From Squalus acanthias (lineage: Eukaryota), in the NCBI GenBank assembly GCA_030390025.1, contig JASTWF010000367.1:1-64000 (forward strand): a DNA stretch of 64,000 nt. The letters run 5' to 3'. Every line of letters starts with the position of its first letter. Positions within the stretch are counted from its first letter, which is position 1. This document shows positions 48,313-60,439 of this stretch, in pieces. The position numbers and the translations under genes are program-made. Under the pieces are notes generated by a model. That model saw only the letters and a list, made by a program, of their open reading frames with translations. It had not been told where the DNA came from and did no database searches.

Positions 48313-49060
48313 CACAGTTTCTGTATTTTACATTCACTGTTCATTAGAGAAGCAGACAGTAGAATCAATCCTGAATCTCCTAGATTATTACTGTTCAGGT
48401 TCAACTCAGTCAGTGATTGGTTTGTATGAAGTGCGGAGGCGAGATCCTCGGCACAAGAATCTGTGAGTCCGTTATCATTCAGACTGGGCATCAGAGAGAA
48501 AGAATAAGAGGGATAAAAAGAGGAATATTACTAAAGTTGGTGCTACTAATTATAATCTTCAACATTTACAGATCGGAGCATGTTAGCCTGTGTTGTAATA
48601 CAGGGCTTTATATGCTGAAACGTCACTGGGACATCCAGTGATAATAACCTCACACTATGGTACATACGACAGTTTCTGTATTTGACAGTCCCGGTTCTTC
48701 AGAGCCTCAGACAGTCGTTTCACTCCTGAATCTCCCAGTTTATTATGACCCAGGTACAGCCCCGTCAGTGACCCGTTTGTACTGAGAGTGGAGGCGAGAT
48801 CCCTGGCACAAGAATCTGTGAGACCATTGTCCGCCAGCCTGTGGATATGAGAGAGAATGAGAAATCATGGTAACTCAGTGTTTATAATTATACTATTAAA
48901 TGATACTAATAACAATGTACAGTGTTAGACATCCAGTTATTATAAACACAATCTAGCACAGTCTGGTACTTACCCCACTACCTGTATTTTACATTTAGGG
49001 TTCCGCAGAACCATGGAGAGTAGTTTCACTCCAGAATCTCCAAGATCATTTCCCTCCAAC
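48313..49060 (-). pseudogene. NLR-B LRR exons (87 nt 49060-48974; 171 nt 48838-48668; 171 nt 48483-48313)
   Basis: Canonical AG/GT sites, phase 2-2; LEGNDLGDSGVKLL, LADNGLTDSCARDL, LNDNGLTDSCAEDL. Confidence 0.93.
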
Positions 49061-49194
49061 CTTAAGGAAAACAGACAGGGGGTGAGAAATAAACTGAAAC
49101 AAGCCTCGGTTCTGATAGATTTGTGGCTCTCTCGATCTTTCTCTGCGTTATTACGGGAAGATGAAAAAAATCAGATGATTTTGCCGTCACTTAA

Positions 49195-51700
49195 GTGTGT
49201 TCAGGAGAACTTTCTTGACCAGTATGTTGCCCACCCAACAAGGAAGGAGGTGTTGCTGGATCTGGCTCTGGGGAATGAGGTGGGTCAAGTGTCAGTAGGG
49301 GAACATTTAGGAAAAAGTGATCATAGCATCATAAGGTTTTGATTAGCTATAGAAAAGGACAGGGAGCAATCTAGATTAAAAATACTAAATTGGAGGAGGG
49401 CCAATTTCAGTGGGTTGAGAACGGATCTGGCCCGGGTTAATTGGAATCAAAGATTGGCAGACAAAACTGTAAATTGAACAAAGGGCTGCGATTAAAGAGG
49501 AGATGGTTCGGGTACAGTAAAGGTACATTCCCACAAGGTGGAAATGTAGGACAACAGAAGTCAAAGCTCCCTCGATGGCTAAAGTGATAGAGTAATGGTA
49601 AGATGAAGCAGACAAAGAGGGCGTATGAAAGATGTCAGGTTGAGAATACAAGTGAGAACTCGGCTGAATATAGAAAGTTCAGATGGGTAGTGAAAAAGGA
49701 ATAAGAGGGACAGAGATTATGAGAAAATATTGGCAGCTAACTTAAAAGGGAATCCAAAAGTCTTCTATAGGCATATAAATAATAAACGGGTAGTAAGAGG
49801 AGGGGTGGGGCCGATTAGGGACCAAAAGAAAGACCTACACATGGAGGCAGAGGGCATGGCTGAGGTACTAAAGGAGCACCTTGCATCCATCTTCACCAAG
49901 GAAGAAGATGCTGCCAAAGTCATCGTGAAAGAGGTAGTCGAGATACTGGATGGGATAAAAATTGATAGGAGGGTCTAGAAAAGCATGCTGTACTTATAGA
50001 TAAGTCACCTGGACTGGATGGGATGCACCCTAGGACGCTGAGCAAGGTAAGGGTGGAAATTGCAGAGGTACTGGCCATAATCTGACAATCCTCCTTAGAT
50101 ATAGCGGTGGTGCCAGAGGACTGGAGAATTGCAAATGTTACACCCTTGTTCAAAAAAAGGTGTCAGGATAAACCCAGCAACTACAGGACAGTCAGTTTAA
50201 CCTCGGTAGTGGGGAAGCTTTTAGAAATGATAATCTGCGACAAAATTAAATGAACAGTCACTTGGACAAGTGTGGATTCATTAAGGAAAGCCAGCACGGA
50301 TCGGTTAAAGGCAAATCGTGTTTAACTAACTTGATTGAGTTTTATGATGAGGTAATAGAGAGGGTTGCTGAGGGCAATGTGGTTGTTGTGGTGTACATGG
50401 ATTTCCAAAAGGCGCTTGATAAAGTGCCACATAATAGACCTGCCAGAAAAGTTGAAGCCCATGGAATAAAACGGACAGTGCAGCATGGATACGAAATTGG
50501 CTAAGTGACAGGAAACAGAGAGTAGTGGTGAACGGTGGCTTTTCAGACTGGAGGAAGGTATTCAATGGCGTTCCCCAGGGGTCAGTAATAGGATCAATGT
50601 TTGTCTTGATATATATTAATGACTTGTCTTGAGTATGCAGGGCACAGTTTCGCAATTTGCAGATAACACAAAACTTGGACGTATAGTGAACAGTGAGGAG
50701 GATAGTGATAGACTTCAAGAGGACATAGACAGGCTGGTGGAATGGGCGGACACGTAGCAAATGAAATTTAATGCAATAAAGTGCGAATAGATACATTTTG
50801 GTAGGAAGAACGTGCAGAGGCAACAAAAAATAAGGGTACAATTCTAAAGGGGCTGCACGAACTGAGAGAACTGGGAGTATATGTGCACAAAATGTTGAAG
50901 GTGGCAGGACAGGTTGAGAAAGCGATTAAAATACGGGATCCTGGGCTTCATAAATAGACATGATGTGGAGATGCCAGTGTTGGACTGGGGTGGACAAATG
51001 TGAGAAGTCGCACAACACCAGGTTATAGTCCAACAGCTTTATTTGAAATCACTTCACCTGACGAAGGAGCAGCGCTCCGAAAGCTTGTGATTTCAAATAA
51101 AGCTGTTGGACTATAACCTGGTGTTGTGCGACTTCTCACATTCATAAATAGAGGCAGAGAGTACAAAAGCAAGGAAGTTATGATGAACCTGGTATTGAGT
51201 CCCGTTCTGGGCACTGCACTTTAGGAAGGATGTGAAGGCCTTAAATAGGGTGCAGAAAAGATTTACAAGACTGGTTCCAGGGATGAGGGACTTCAGTTAC
51301 GTGGATAGACTGGAGAAATTTGGGTTGTTCTCCTTAGAGCGGAGAAGGTTGAGAGGAGATTTAATAGAGGTGTTCAAAATCGTAAGTCGAGACAGAGTAG
51401 ATAGAGAGAAACTGCTCCCATTGGTGGAAGGGTCGAGAACCAGAGGACACAGATTTAAGGTGATTGGCAGAATGTCCAAAGGCGACATGATAAACCTTTT
51501 TACGCAGCGAGTGGTTAGTATCTGGAATACACTGCCTGAAAGGGTGGTGGAGGCAGATTCACTTGTGGCTTTCAAAAGGGAATTGGATAAGTACCTGAAG
51601 GAAAGAAAAATGCAGGACTACGGGGAAAGGGTGGGGGAGTGGGACTAGCTGACGGGCCTAATGGCCTCTTTCTGTGCTGTAACCATTCTAAGATACTATG
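49195..51700 (+). mobile_element. CR1 LINE (endonuclease end through 3' UTR) in an NLR-B intron
   Basis: KCVQENFLDQYV, KSCLTNLIEFY, YMDFQKALDKV, RVVSIWNTLP. Confidence 0.93.
50959..51140. mobile_element. 182-bp hairpin mini-element: perfect 55-bp inverted arms around a hammerhead core, 12-bp TSD
   Basis: TTCATAAATAGA at 50947-50958 and 51141-51152; arms 50998-51052 and 51087-51141; core CTGACGA 51058-51064, GAAA 51079-51082. Confidence 0.9.
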
Positions 51701-52383
51701 AAAATGAAACTGGGTTTGTTCCAATTTGCTATATGTTGACAGAGGGTCAGAATTTACTTTTATTAAATAAACCACAGTCTGTGTGAAGCCTTTAAATGTC
51801 CCTCAGTCTGGTCTCATTCTGATCATGAGAATTACCCTCCTGGAGCCTCATCGCTTCTTAACCCTCGCATTTTACGGGAATGGTCGTTATTCCTCTAACT
51901 AAATGCACAGCGGCGATTCCCAATGTTAATCCCTTGTATCAATGTGTATAATATCGAGGTGAGGTAGGTTTTCCCGAGCTGAGGTATATTGTGAAACAGC
52001 ACTAAATGCTGCTGTAAAATCTGTCCTAGATTTTATGTAACAAGGACAGTTCATGATTTCCAGGTAATGTACAAGGTTTAAATGTCCATGCTTTCTTATT
52101 TTATAGGGGAGCGAAGTCTCTGGCTTTATGTCCAATTAAATTCTCTAGTTCAGTTCCATTTAATGCCATATTTGGAGCAGACTTCTCATAAATTCCGTGA
52201 ATTTCTTTTTGGAAAGCCTCCATTCTCATTTCCTTCCTTAGAATTGTTTCGGTCTAGTTATTACTTTGTATATTATTGGTAAATTCGGCTCTCAATTTTA
52301 ACTGGAGTGCAGTGTTTTTTTAAAAACAACAAAACAAAAGACTTCAATAATACAATTAACGGTTATAGAAACAAAACAGTTAC

Positions 52384-54173
52384 CTCAACACTTCACATTT
52401 GCGCAGAGCGGGTTCCAGCCGCTGGAGTCCTTCACACTGAATGGAGCAGTTCCGCAGGTCGAGTTGCTTTACTGTATGGCAGAGTCCAATGGCATGAGAC
52501 AGGACTGCACAGTCGATCGGGGTGAGTGGCAGTGCTTTCTGTGAATCAGAATCTCCAAATTTAAGTCTTTCCACAGATCCCACTGTGGTCTGTGCCAGTG
52601 CTTTATTCTGAGACTCAAACAGGTAGTGCAATGTGTTCAGGAGGTCCCTTTTATCAGTTTTATTCCCTGTGTTCCCAATCTGTCCTTCAACCTTCTCCTT
52701 CACCCAGTCAATCACTCGGCAGGTGGTTTGATGAAGAAATGGACCCAGAAACTCCTCCAGGGGCCGAGCAGCCTGTGGGGCGGAGAGACCAGCAACAAAA
52801 CGGAGAAATATCTCAAATCGCCCATCTTCCTTGCTGTGGGCTTCTCTAAGGAGTTTCAGGATGTCCCCGGGATCTGGAGTCAGGAATTGTGCGAGTGCAG
52901 CTACAAACTCTTGGATGGTGAGGTGCGGGAATATGTACACCACGCTCTGGGCAGAATCATCTCTCTCCAAAAGTTTCATCATGAATCCAGACAGGAACTG
53001 GGAAGGTTGCAGATTGTACTTGATCAAATCTCCATTTCCAAACACAATCTTCTTCTCGGAGACTCCTGTGAAGGCCATCTCACCAATCTTCAGTAACACA
53101 TCACGGGGGCTTTCAATTTCTCGGCCATGGTTTTTCAGAAAGTTTTAAACATAGTAGCAATATAGTTGGGTGATGGTCTTGGGAACTTGCTGCTGTTTCC
53201 AGTCTCTGTGTAAAGAAGGGACCCATTGAGAGGCCGAGGATCCAGCAGTAGGAAGGGTTGTAGCACATGGTGTACAGGATCTCGTTCTCCTCCACGTGTT
53301 TGAAAACAGCTGCTGCCACCGTCTGATCTTCAAAACACTTGTTGAAATATTCCTTCCGTTCTTCACCAACAAATCCCAGGATTTCAGCCCAGACTCGGAT
53401 CTCAGCCTTTTCCAGTAAATGTAATGCAGTGGGGTGGCTGGTCACTAGCACTGAACATCCTGGGAGCAGCTTTTTCTGAATTAAACTGTACACAATGTCA
53501 GACACGTCACAGGGGAACTCGGGGTCCATGCACATATATGGAGGTGGTGTATCTGTTGGATTGTCAGCAAAATCGATACTGTCCTTGAATTCATTCAAAC
53601 TATCGAATATAAAGAGCAAACTGGCTGGATTCTTCCAGAGCTCTTCCAGAATATTAGCCAGGTAAGGATAGGAAACCAGAATCAGATCCTTCAGTGTTGT
53701 TTTGCAGTTAACGGCGTTCAAATCGCGGAATTTAAAACTGAAAACAAATTGAAAGTGTGGGTATATTTTCCCAGTGGCCCAGTCATAAACTAGTTTTTGT
53801 ACCATTGTCGTTTTCCCAATTCCCGGATCTCCACTGACAACCGCTGAACATCCTGAATTAAATTGCACAACATCTCCCTTTGTTGTATGGAGCAAACCTA
53901 CTTCTTGGGAAAAATTACTTCGGAACAATTGATCCATGCGGATCTTTTCCAGTTCTTTCTGGAGATGCATCTCTCTGTATTCTTCATGCTCCTTGCCACG
54001 TGCCAGCAGTTCAGGCTCGACCAGTTTCCGATGACAAACAGGAGAAATGATTGTCAGCTCAGTGTATCGGTCATCCAACTGGGAAATCTTCACCTTCTCC
54101 TTTATTAGAATAGTCTTCATTTCAATTGTTTTGTTTTGCTGTCGGAGTTTTTCCTTGTGTTGCTGTTGAGCAT
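52384..54173 (-). pseudogene. NLR-B NACHT exon, disrupted
   Basis: 1790 nt = NLR-A exon 1738 + 36 + 18 - 2; GDPGIGKTT, FPHLTIQEF; split across ORFs 53113-54120 and 52380-53099. Confidence 0.95.
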
Positions 54174-55019
54174 CTTCAATGAAAACAAACAGATGTAAAA
54201 CCGCTTTATCTGATAGGAGATTGCAACACTATTTAATTTACAGTTTGCATATGACTCACTCCTGAAAATAGAAACAGTTGATGAGAATGTCAGTATGACA
54301 ATATTAACCTGCAATGTCATTGGGACTGAACAACCCAAATTGGAATAAGTCTTTCATGGAACAATGGAATTGTTGATCTATGGGTTATAGTGGACACTCA
54401 GTTCATAAACATTGGAAATTTTGTATTGGGCGATATTGGAAGAGAGACAGAGTACAAATGGAACTATATTATACTGTTGTTGTGTTTACTCATTGTCAGA
54501 CCATTAGGGCCATCATGTGCAGTTTTGGTCTCCTAGTTATAGATGGAACATTATTGTACTTCAGAAAGTTACAGATGCCAACCACAAATATTTTTGTCAG
54601 GCACTTTGTTGATAGACTATGTGAAAATCTACAGCTGCATTGCCTTCGATTTTCGACTTTTGCTGATAGTTTGAAACTGGCGATACCAGATCGCCTGATC
54701 TTGCGTTCTATTGGAATCAATTGCCAAAAGTTAAAATGTATCCCCTCTATTACCAAGTTGCCTGGAACTGTTACTGAAAGTAGGCAAAAGTCCAATAAAC
54801 AAGAGCTTCATTGAATCCACAATACTATCCATAACCTTCCTCCCAGAATAATGTTATATTATGCGGAAATCCATGAATTTACTCTGATCGTGTGTGTGTA
54901 GGGAAGGGGAGGGGTGGTTGGATTAGATTGTGCCCAGATATGGCCCTTATGTGACTCCAATACTATTTCAATGGAGACAAACATAACAATTAACAGCTCG
55001 ACCTGGCCTATTTCACTTT

Positions 55020-56760
55020 CCACAAACTTATAAACTAAAGTGGTACAATTTTAAAGCGGGTGCAGGAACAGAAACACCTCGGGGTGTAGTACACAAACCG
55101 TTGAACACAAGAACATAAGAAATAGGAGCAGGAGTAGGCCATTCGGCCCTTCGAACCTGCTCCGCCATTTAATTACATCATGGCTGATCTTCTGCCTTAA
55201 CTCCATTCACCGGCCCTATCGCCATATCCCTTGATGACTTTACTAGTCAGAAATCTATCGACTTCTGTTTTGAATATACCCAATGACTGAGCCTCCACAG
55301 TCCTCTGGGCTAGAGAGTTCCAAAGATTCACCACCCTCTGAAGAAATTTCTTCTCATCTCTGTCCTGAATGGCCTACCCTTTATCCTGAGGCTGTGGCCC
55401 CTGGTTCTAGACTCCCCAGCCAAGGGAAATATTCTCCCAGCATCCACCTTATCAAGCCCTGTAATAATTTTGAATGCTTCAATGAGATCCCCTCTCATTC
55501 TTCTGAATTAAAGTGAATACAGGCCCAGTTTACTCAATCTCTCCTCATACGACTGTCCCGCCATCCCAGGAATCAATCTCGTGAACCTTCGTTGCACTCC
55601 CTCTATGGCAAGTATATCCTTCCTTAGGTAAGGAGACCAACATTGTACACAGTACTCTAGGTGTGGTCTCACCAAGGCCCTATATAATTGGAGTAAGACT
55701 TCTTTACTCCTCTACTCAAATCCTCTTGTAATGAAGACTAGCACACCATTTGCCTTCCTAATGGCTTGCTGCACCTGCACATTCACTTTCAGTGACTCAT
55801 GTACAAGGACACCCAGGTCCCTTTGAACATCTGCATTCCCCAATCTTTCACCATTCAGGAAGTACACTGCCTCTGTTTTTTCTACCAAAGTGGATAACTT
55901 CACATTTATCCACATTATATTCCATCTGCCATGTTCTCGCCCATTCACTGAGCCGGTCGAGATCCCCTTGAAGCCTCTTCACAACTGACACTGCCACCTA
56001 GCTTTGTATCATCAGAAAATTTGGAAATGTTACATTAGGTCCCCTCATCCAAATCATTGATATAGATTGTGAATAGCTGGGGCCCAAGCACCGATCTTTG
56101 TTGTACCCCACTAGTCACAGCCTGCCATCCTGAAAAAGACCCGTTTATCCATACTCTTTGAAGGTGGTAGGACAAGTTGATGAGGCTGTTAAAAATGTAT
56201 ACATGATCATGGGTTTTTACAGAGGCAGAGAGTGCAAAAGCAAGGAAGTTATGGTAAAGCTTTATAAATCACTGCTCAGGTCTCAGCTGGAGTATTGTGT
56301 CCCACTCTGGGTACCACACATTAGGAAGGAGGTCAAGGTTTTGGAGAGGGTGAGGAGCATATTTACTTGAATGTTACCAGGGGTGAGGGAGAATGAATGT
56401 TATAATGGGATCCGATAGTGTAAATAAACATAGACTGTTTCCACTGGCATGTGGGTCGGTAACCAGAGGACACAGATTTATGGTCATTGACAAATGAACC
56501 AGAGGGAAGGTGAAGGTAATAAAGAAGATGAAGGCAGCAAGTTGTTGTGGTCTGGGATGCACTGCCTGAAAGGCTGGTGGAATCAGATTCAACAGTAACT
56601 TTCACAAGGAAATTGGAAATATACTTGAAAAAGGGAAATGTTGCAGGGCTGTAGGGAAGGAGCAGGGGAGTGGGATAATTGAATAGCTCTTTCAAAGAGC
56701 TGGCAATGGGAACAATAAACCGAATGGCCTTCTTTGTGCTGGAGGATTCGATCATGCCAC
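55020..56760. mobile_element. Plus-strand CR1 3' fragment interrupted by a minus-strand CR1 (~55106-56157)
   Basis: LLRSQLEYCVPLW on +, QQAIRKANGVL on -; TTGAA on both sides of the inner element. Confidence 0.85.
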
Positions 56761-57054
56761 AATTCAACTGTCGAATGAACTCCCAACATGGTTGATTTTA
56801 TCTCTTTAATTATCGCTGTTCAAAACTCCCAGAGCTGAATTTTTGACTTTTCAATGTTGCTGACGTTTCCTGACGAGAGGCCTGGCCACGACAACAGCTG
56901 GATAACCAGCAGCAGTAGAGCCAACATCTGCAAATTTACAATTTACTCCGACCTTAGTACGAATTGCAACTTCAATCCAGGTCGAATTTGAGATGAACGA
57001 CAAATGCAAACATAGTTCGATACTGTCGCCCTGCTCCTTCAACTTTTGTTTCCG

Positions 57055-57241
57055 AGAGGGGTGAAATTGGACACGGGGCGGGGAAGTAAGACAAGCGGAA
57101 TTACATTTGCCAACAGTTACACGACACGCCCGATATTCAGTTCTATTGAAGTCAGTGGAAGGGAATACCGGTGGAGCGGGACAGGCGACCAATGCGTTAC
57201 GGCATGTTTGGCATCGCCGCCCATTTCCAAGTTCACCCTCC
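57055..57241. mobile_element. MITE with GGGGTGAAATTGG-type terminal inverted repeats; related copies at ~59625-59806 and ~62738-62923
   Basis: GGGGTGAAATTGG...CCAAGTTCACCC; internal TTCTATTGAAGT..TGGAA shared with 62738-62923. Confidence 0.7.
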
Positions 57242-57328
57242 TAGAAATCTGTAAGCAAATGGTCAGCGTCAAACCTTTGATCAACAGCAGTGAAATAAAC
57301 TGCAATCAATTTCCATTTCATGACATAC

Positions 57329-59342
57329 CCTTCAGCTGATCGGGTACTTCTGATATCCCGTCTGTGATGATTGCATAATGTGACAGATCAGAACCTGTTT
57401 AAACCAAATCGTTTCAATTAACTCAGATATGCATACAATGTAACAAGAATATGTAGTTGTAGATCTGAAATTAAATTCAGTGTGTGATTATACGGTACCG
57501 TGTTCCTCTATTTCTTTCAGTATTTTGTCCAACTTTGGTACCCCATGGCGCATTTTCACAAATGATTCCCACATCGCCCTCCGGGCCCCAGAACCTTTCT
57601 CCATCACCAGATTCAGAAGAAGTTTGGAACTTTCAGCCTTGTCTCCATTGTCCGCAATCTCAGTGACTTTCTGCAAAGAACAAGAACTAATATATTGAGG
57701 AGCAGAGTGAAGGTCATAAAGTGAAACTGTGGATGGAAAGGATCTTCCCGCCATGCTGTTCCACTGGTTTTAACGGAGGTGCAAATAATCCAATCAGTGG
57801 GATGTGTACTGATTTATTCTGGTCAAGAGCTGAATATTATCTAAACATGTTGCTCCAGTGATTGAAGGGACACACGAACAGGAAATGAGCTTGTACAGTG
57901 TAAAGTTCTGCCAGAGTCTGAGAATCACCCAGATTATGGTTCAGGATATCAACCCCACGATACACCGGACTGCGGCTCGCATTCTGCACACAATACTTAC
58001 CCTCCCAGATTTGTCTCTCACAGCTGCCGGCTCTTCTTTCAAATGTCTACAAGTAAACCAACAACTATACGCTCAATTACTGCTGATTTTCAGTAGTAAT
58101 AATATTATTTTTCATTGATTATGCATTATTCATTAACCATGGGCCTATTGCAGATGGATCAATCAGCTGAACACGGTGGGTTTTAAAGTTACAACGTAGG
58201 GACTGCCTAAATATCAACCCATTCCCAACTTGCCCTATTCAACTTGATTATCAACATATCCATTCACCGCCATAATCCCTATAAACACGAGATTATGTTC
58301 GCTGCATTGGTACTAGTGGGAAATCTGCTGCACAAGTTAATTGTACTGTGAATGGGATGTCCATTGGTCTCGCTTAAGGTTTCTATCGTGTGGTTTGTAT
58401 TCACAGTCCAAGGTCCACAGGCTGTACACAACCAGATTGTTTATAGCCCTCAACATTTAGAATACCTGCATCCCGCCTCTTTTTCCTGCAATTAAAACAT
58501 TTCGGATATGTGATACGAGTCTTCCATCCTGGCGTTTTTGTCCTGTCTTGTTTGCTCGCTCAGATATTGAAAGAAAGAATTGTATTTAAAGAGCTCTTTC
58601 ACAACCTCAAGAGGTCCCAAAGTGCTTTACAGCCAATGAAGTACTTTTGAAGTGTAATCATTGTTGTAATGTAGGAAACGCAACAGCAATGTGATAATTA
58701 CCAGGTACACTGTTTTAGTGATGCTGATTGAGGGATAAAAATTGGCCAGGACACCCATGCTCCTTTTCGAAATAGTGCCACGGGATCTTTTCCATCCACC
58801 TGAGAGAGCAGATGGGGCCTTGATTTAACGTTTCTTCTGAAAGACGCCACCTCTGACAGAGAAGCACTCCCTCAGTACTCCACTGGAGTGTCAGCCTAGA
58901 TTTTTGTGCTCAAGTCTCTGGAGTGGGACTTGAACCCACAACCTTCTGATTCAGAGGTGAGAGTGCTACCCACGGAGCCACAGCTGACACTTGGCATATT
59001 GCTATACTTTGAAGCATTGCACAGTCTGGTGGTGGCCTCAGCATTGGCCTGTACACTCAATGTCCACAGAGATCCTCCCAGATTGAATAGATCGATTTCA
59101 CAACAAGAAACCAACACAGCTGATCTCATTTAACTTTCACCATGTTGAAATTAATCAAACTCACTTTGTGTTCCTCCCACTTACCTGATGTTCTTGCCCA
59201 TTAAAATGTTCCTTGTACGTTAACAGCAGGCTGACGCCCCTCACCACTTCTTCAATCGCCTGTTCTATTCTGTCCCGGTAGAACATAGTCACCTTGTCCA
59301 GGTCCCAATCGGTGAAATTTTCAAGGCACTGGGAGACGGGAT
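57329..59342 (-). pseudogene. NLR-B N-terminal death-fold (CARD-like) exons 59342-59185 and 57670-57499, plus 66-nt linker exon 57394-57329
   Basis: Open frames with AG/GT sites; DPVSQCLENF..FYRDRIEQAIEE..|KVTEIADNG..SSKLLLNLVMEKGSGARRAMWESF..|GSDLSHYAIITDGISEVPDQLK. Confidence 0.82.
58568..58990 (-). mobile_element. tRNA-derived SINE with a Deu-domain-like core (SacSINE1/AmnSINE-type)
   Basis: Minus-strand head GTGGCTCCGTGGGTAG..GGGTTCAAGTCC (A/B boxes), core GGGAGTGCT..GAGGTGGCGTCTTTC..ACGTTAAATCAAGGCCCC, (CTTT)n tail. Confidence 0.75.
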
Positions 59343-59371
59343 CTGTGAACAAAGTGTATAAATATATTTAC

Positions 59372-59457
59372 ACAAAAGCAAAATACTGCGGATGCTGGGA
59401 ATCTGAATTAAAAACAGAAAATGCTGGGAAGACTCAGCAGGTCAGGCAGCATCCATG

Positions 59458-59491
<34 letters not shown>

Positions 59492-59525
59492 ACCTGATCA
59501 GGTCGATGAACTTGCTTCAGAAATC
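59372..59525 (-). mobile_element. Penelope pseudo-LTR fragment (another at ~33475-33557)
   Basis: CAAAAGCAAAATACTGCGGATGCTGG...CTCAGCAGGTCAGGCAGCATC matches 13081-13160. Confidence 0.8.
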
Positions 59526-60439
59526 GAAATATATTTATTGCAATCATTGAAGGTCGCATTTTCATTGTGATAAACAGTTTCAGTTTGGTCAACATACTAA
59601 ATATTAATCAAATCTTGGAGACATGGGGCAATTTTAAGTTGGGGTAATAGGGTAAAATGGACGATATTGAATTAGACGCCCGTTACACACCCCGCCCGAG
59701 TTTCCTTTCCAATGATGTGAATGGAAACGAAAATTAGTGGGTGTATAATGGGCGGCCAATTCGATATTGGCCACTTTATGCTATCGCTCAAAGTTCAAAT
59801 CACCCCCATTATACTGGAAAGTAATGACAAGGTGCTGCTCAGTAAAGGAGTACTACACAGATCTAGTTGTTTGGTGCCATTTGTAAATCGAGATGTCAGT
59901 GCAGGACATGTGGGTGGATCACAGCTAAAATATTTCACAAATTGAACACTGGGTTGTTCTGTGACTTCTGTAGAAGCAGCGAGTGATCATTTGGGGAGAA
60001 CAATAAATGTAAGTGAACCACAGAGCTTTTGGCACTTATGATTTATGTCATGATCAGACTCTCGAACACTTGCTTCAGTTTCATGTAGTGCTTGGGGTAT
60101 CATACTGTACCTCCAGGACTTGAGATACACTTATAGAAAGATATATGGGCTTGAACTCACTAATGTTTTAACTAATTGAGATTTTAAACTCTCGGAACTC
60201 CCCCGCACATAATGTATATTAGTAAAATCTAGATTTGAAACAACCATCAAGATGTTTATATTAATCAGAGTGATACATATTTGGGATAAACAGACCAGCA
60301 GAGACAAGATTAATGAGGTTGTTTAACATAAAGCTGGAGGCTAAGCTGGGAGGACTCCGCTATTAGAGGGATTTATAGGCATTACTTCGCAATGGAAGTT
60401 TTGCCCTATCCGTTCCCTGACCTCCCTTATGTTCCAACA

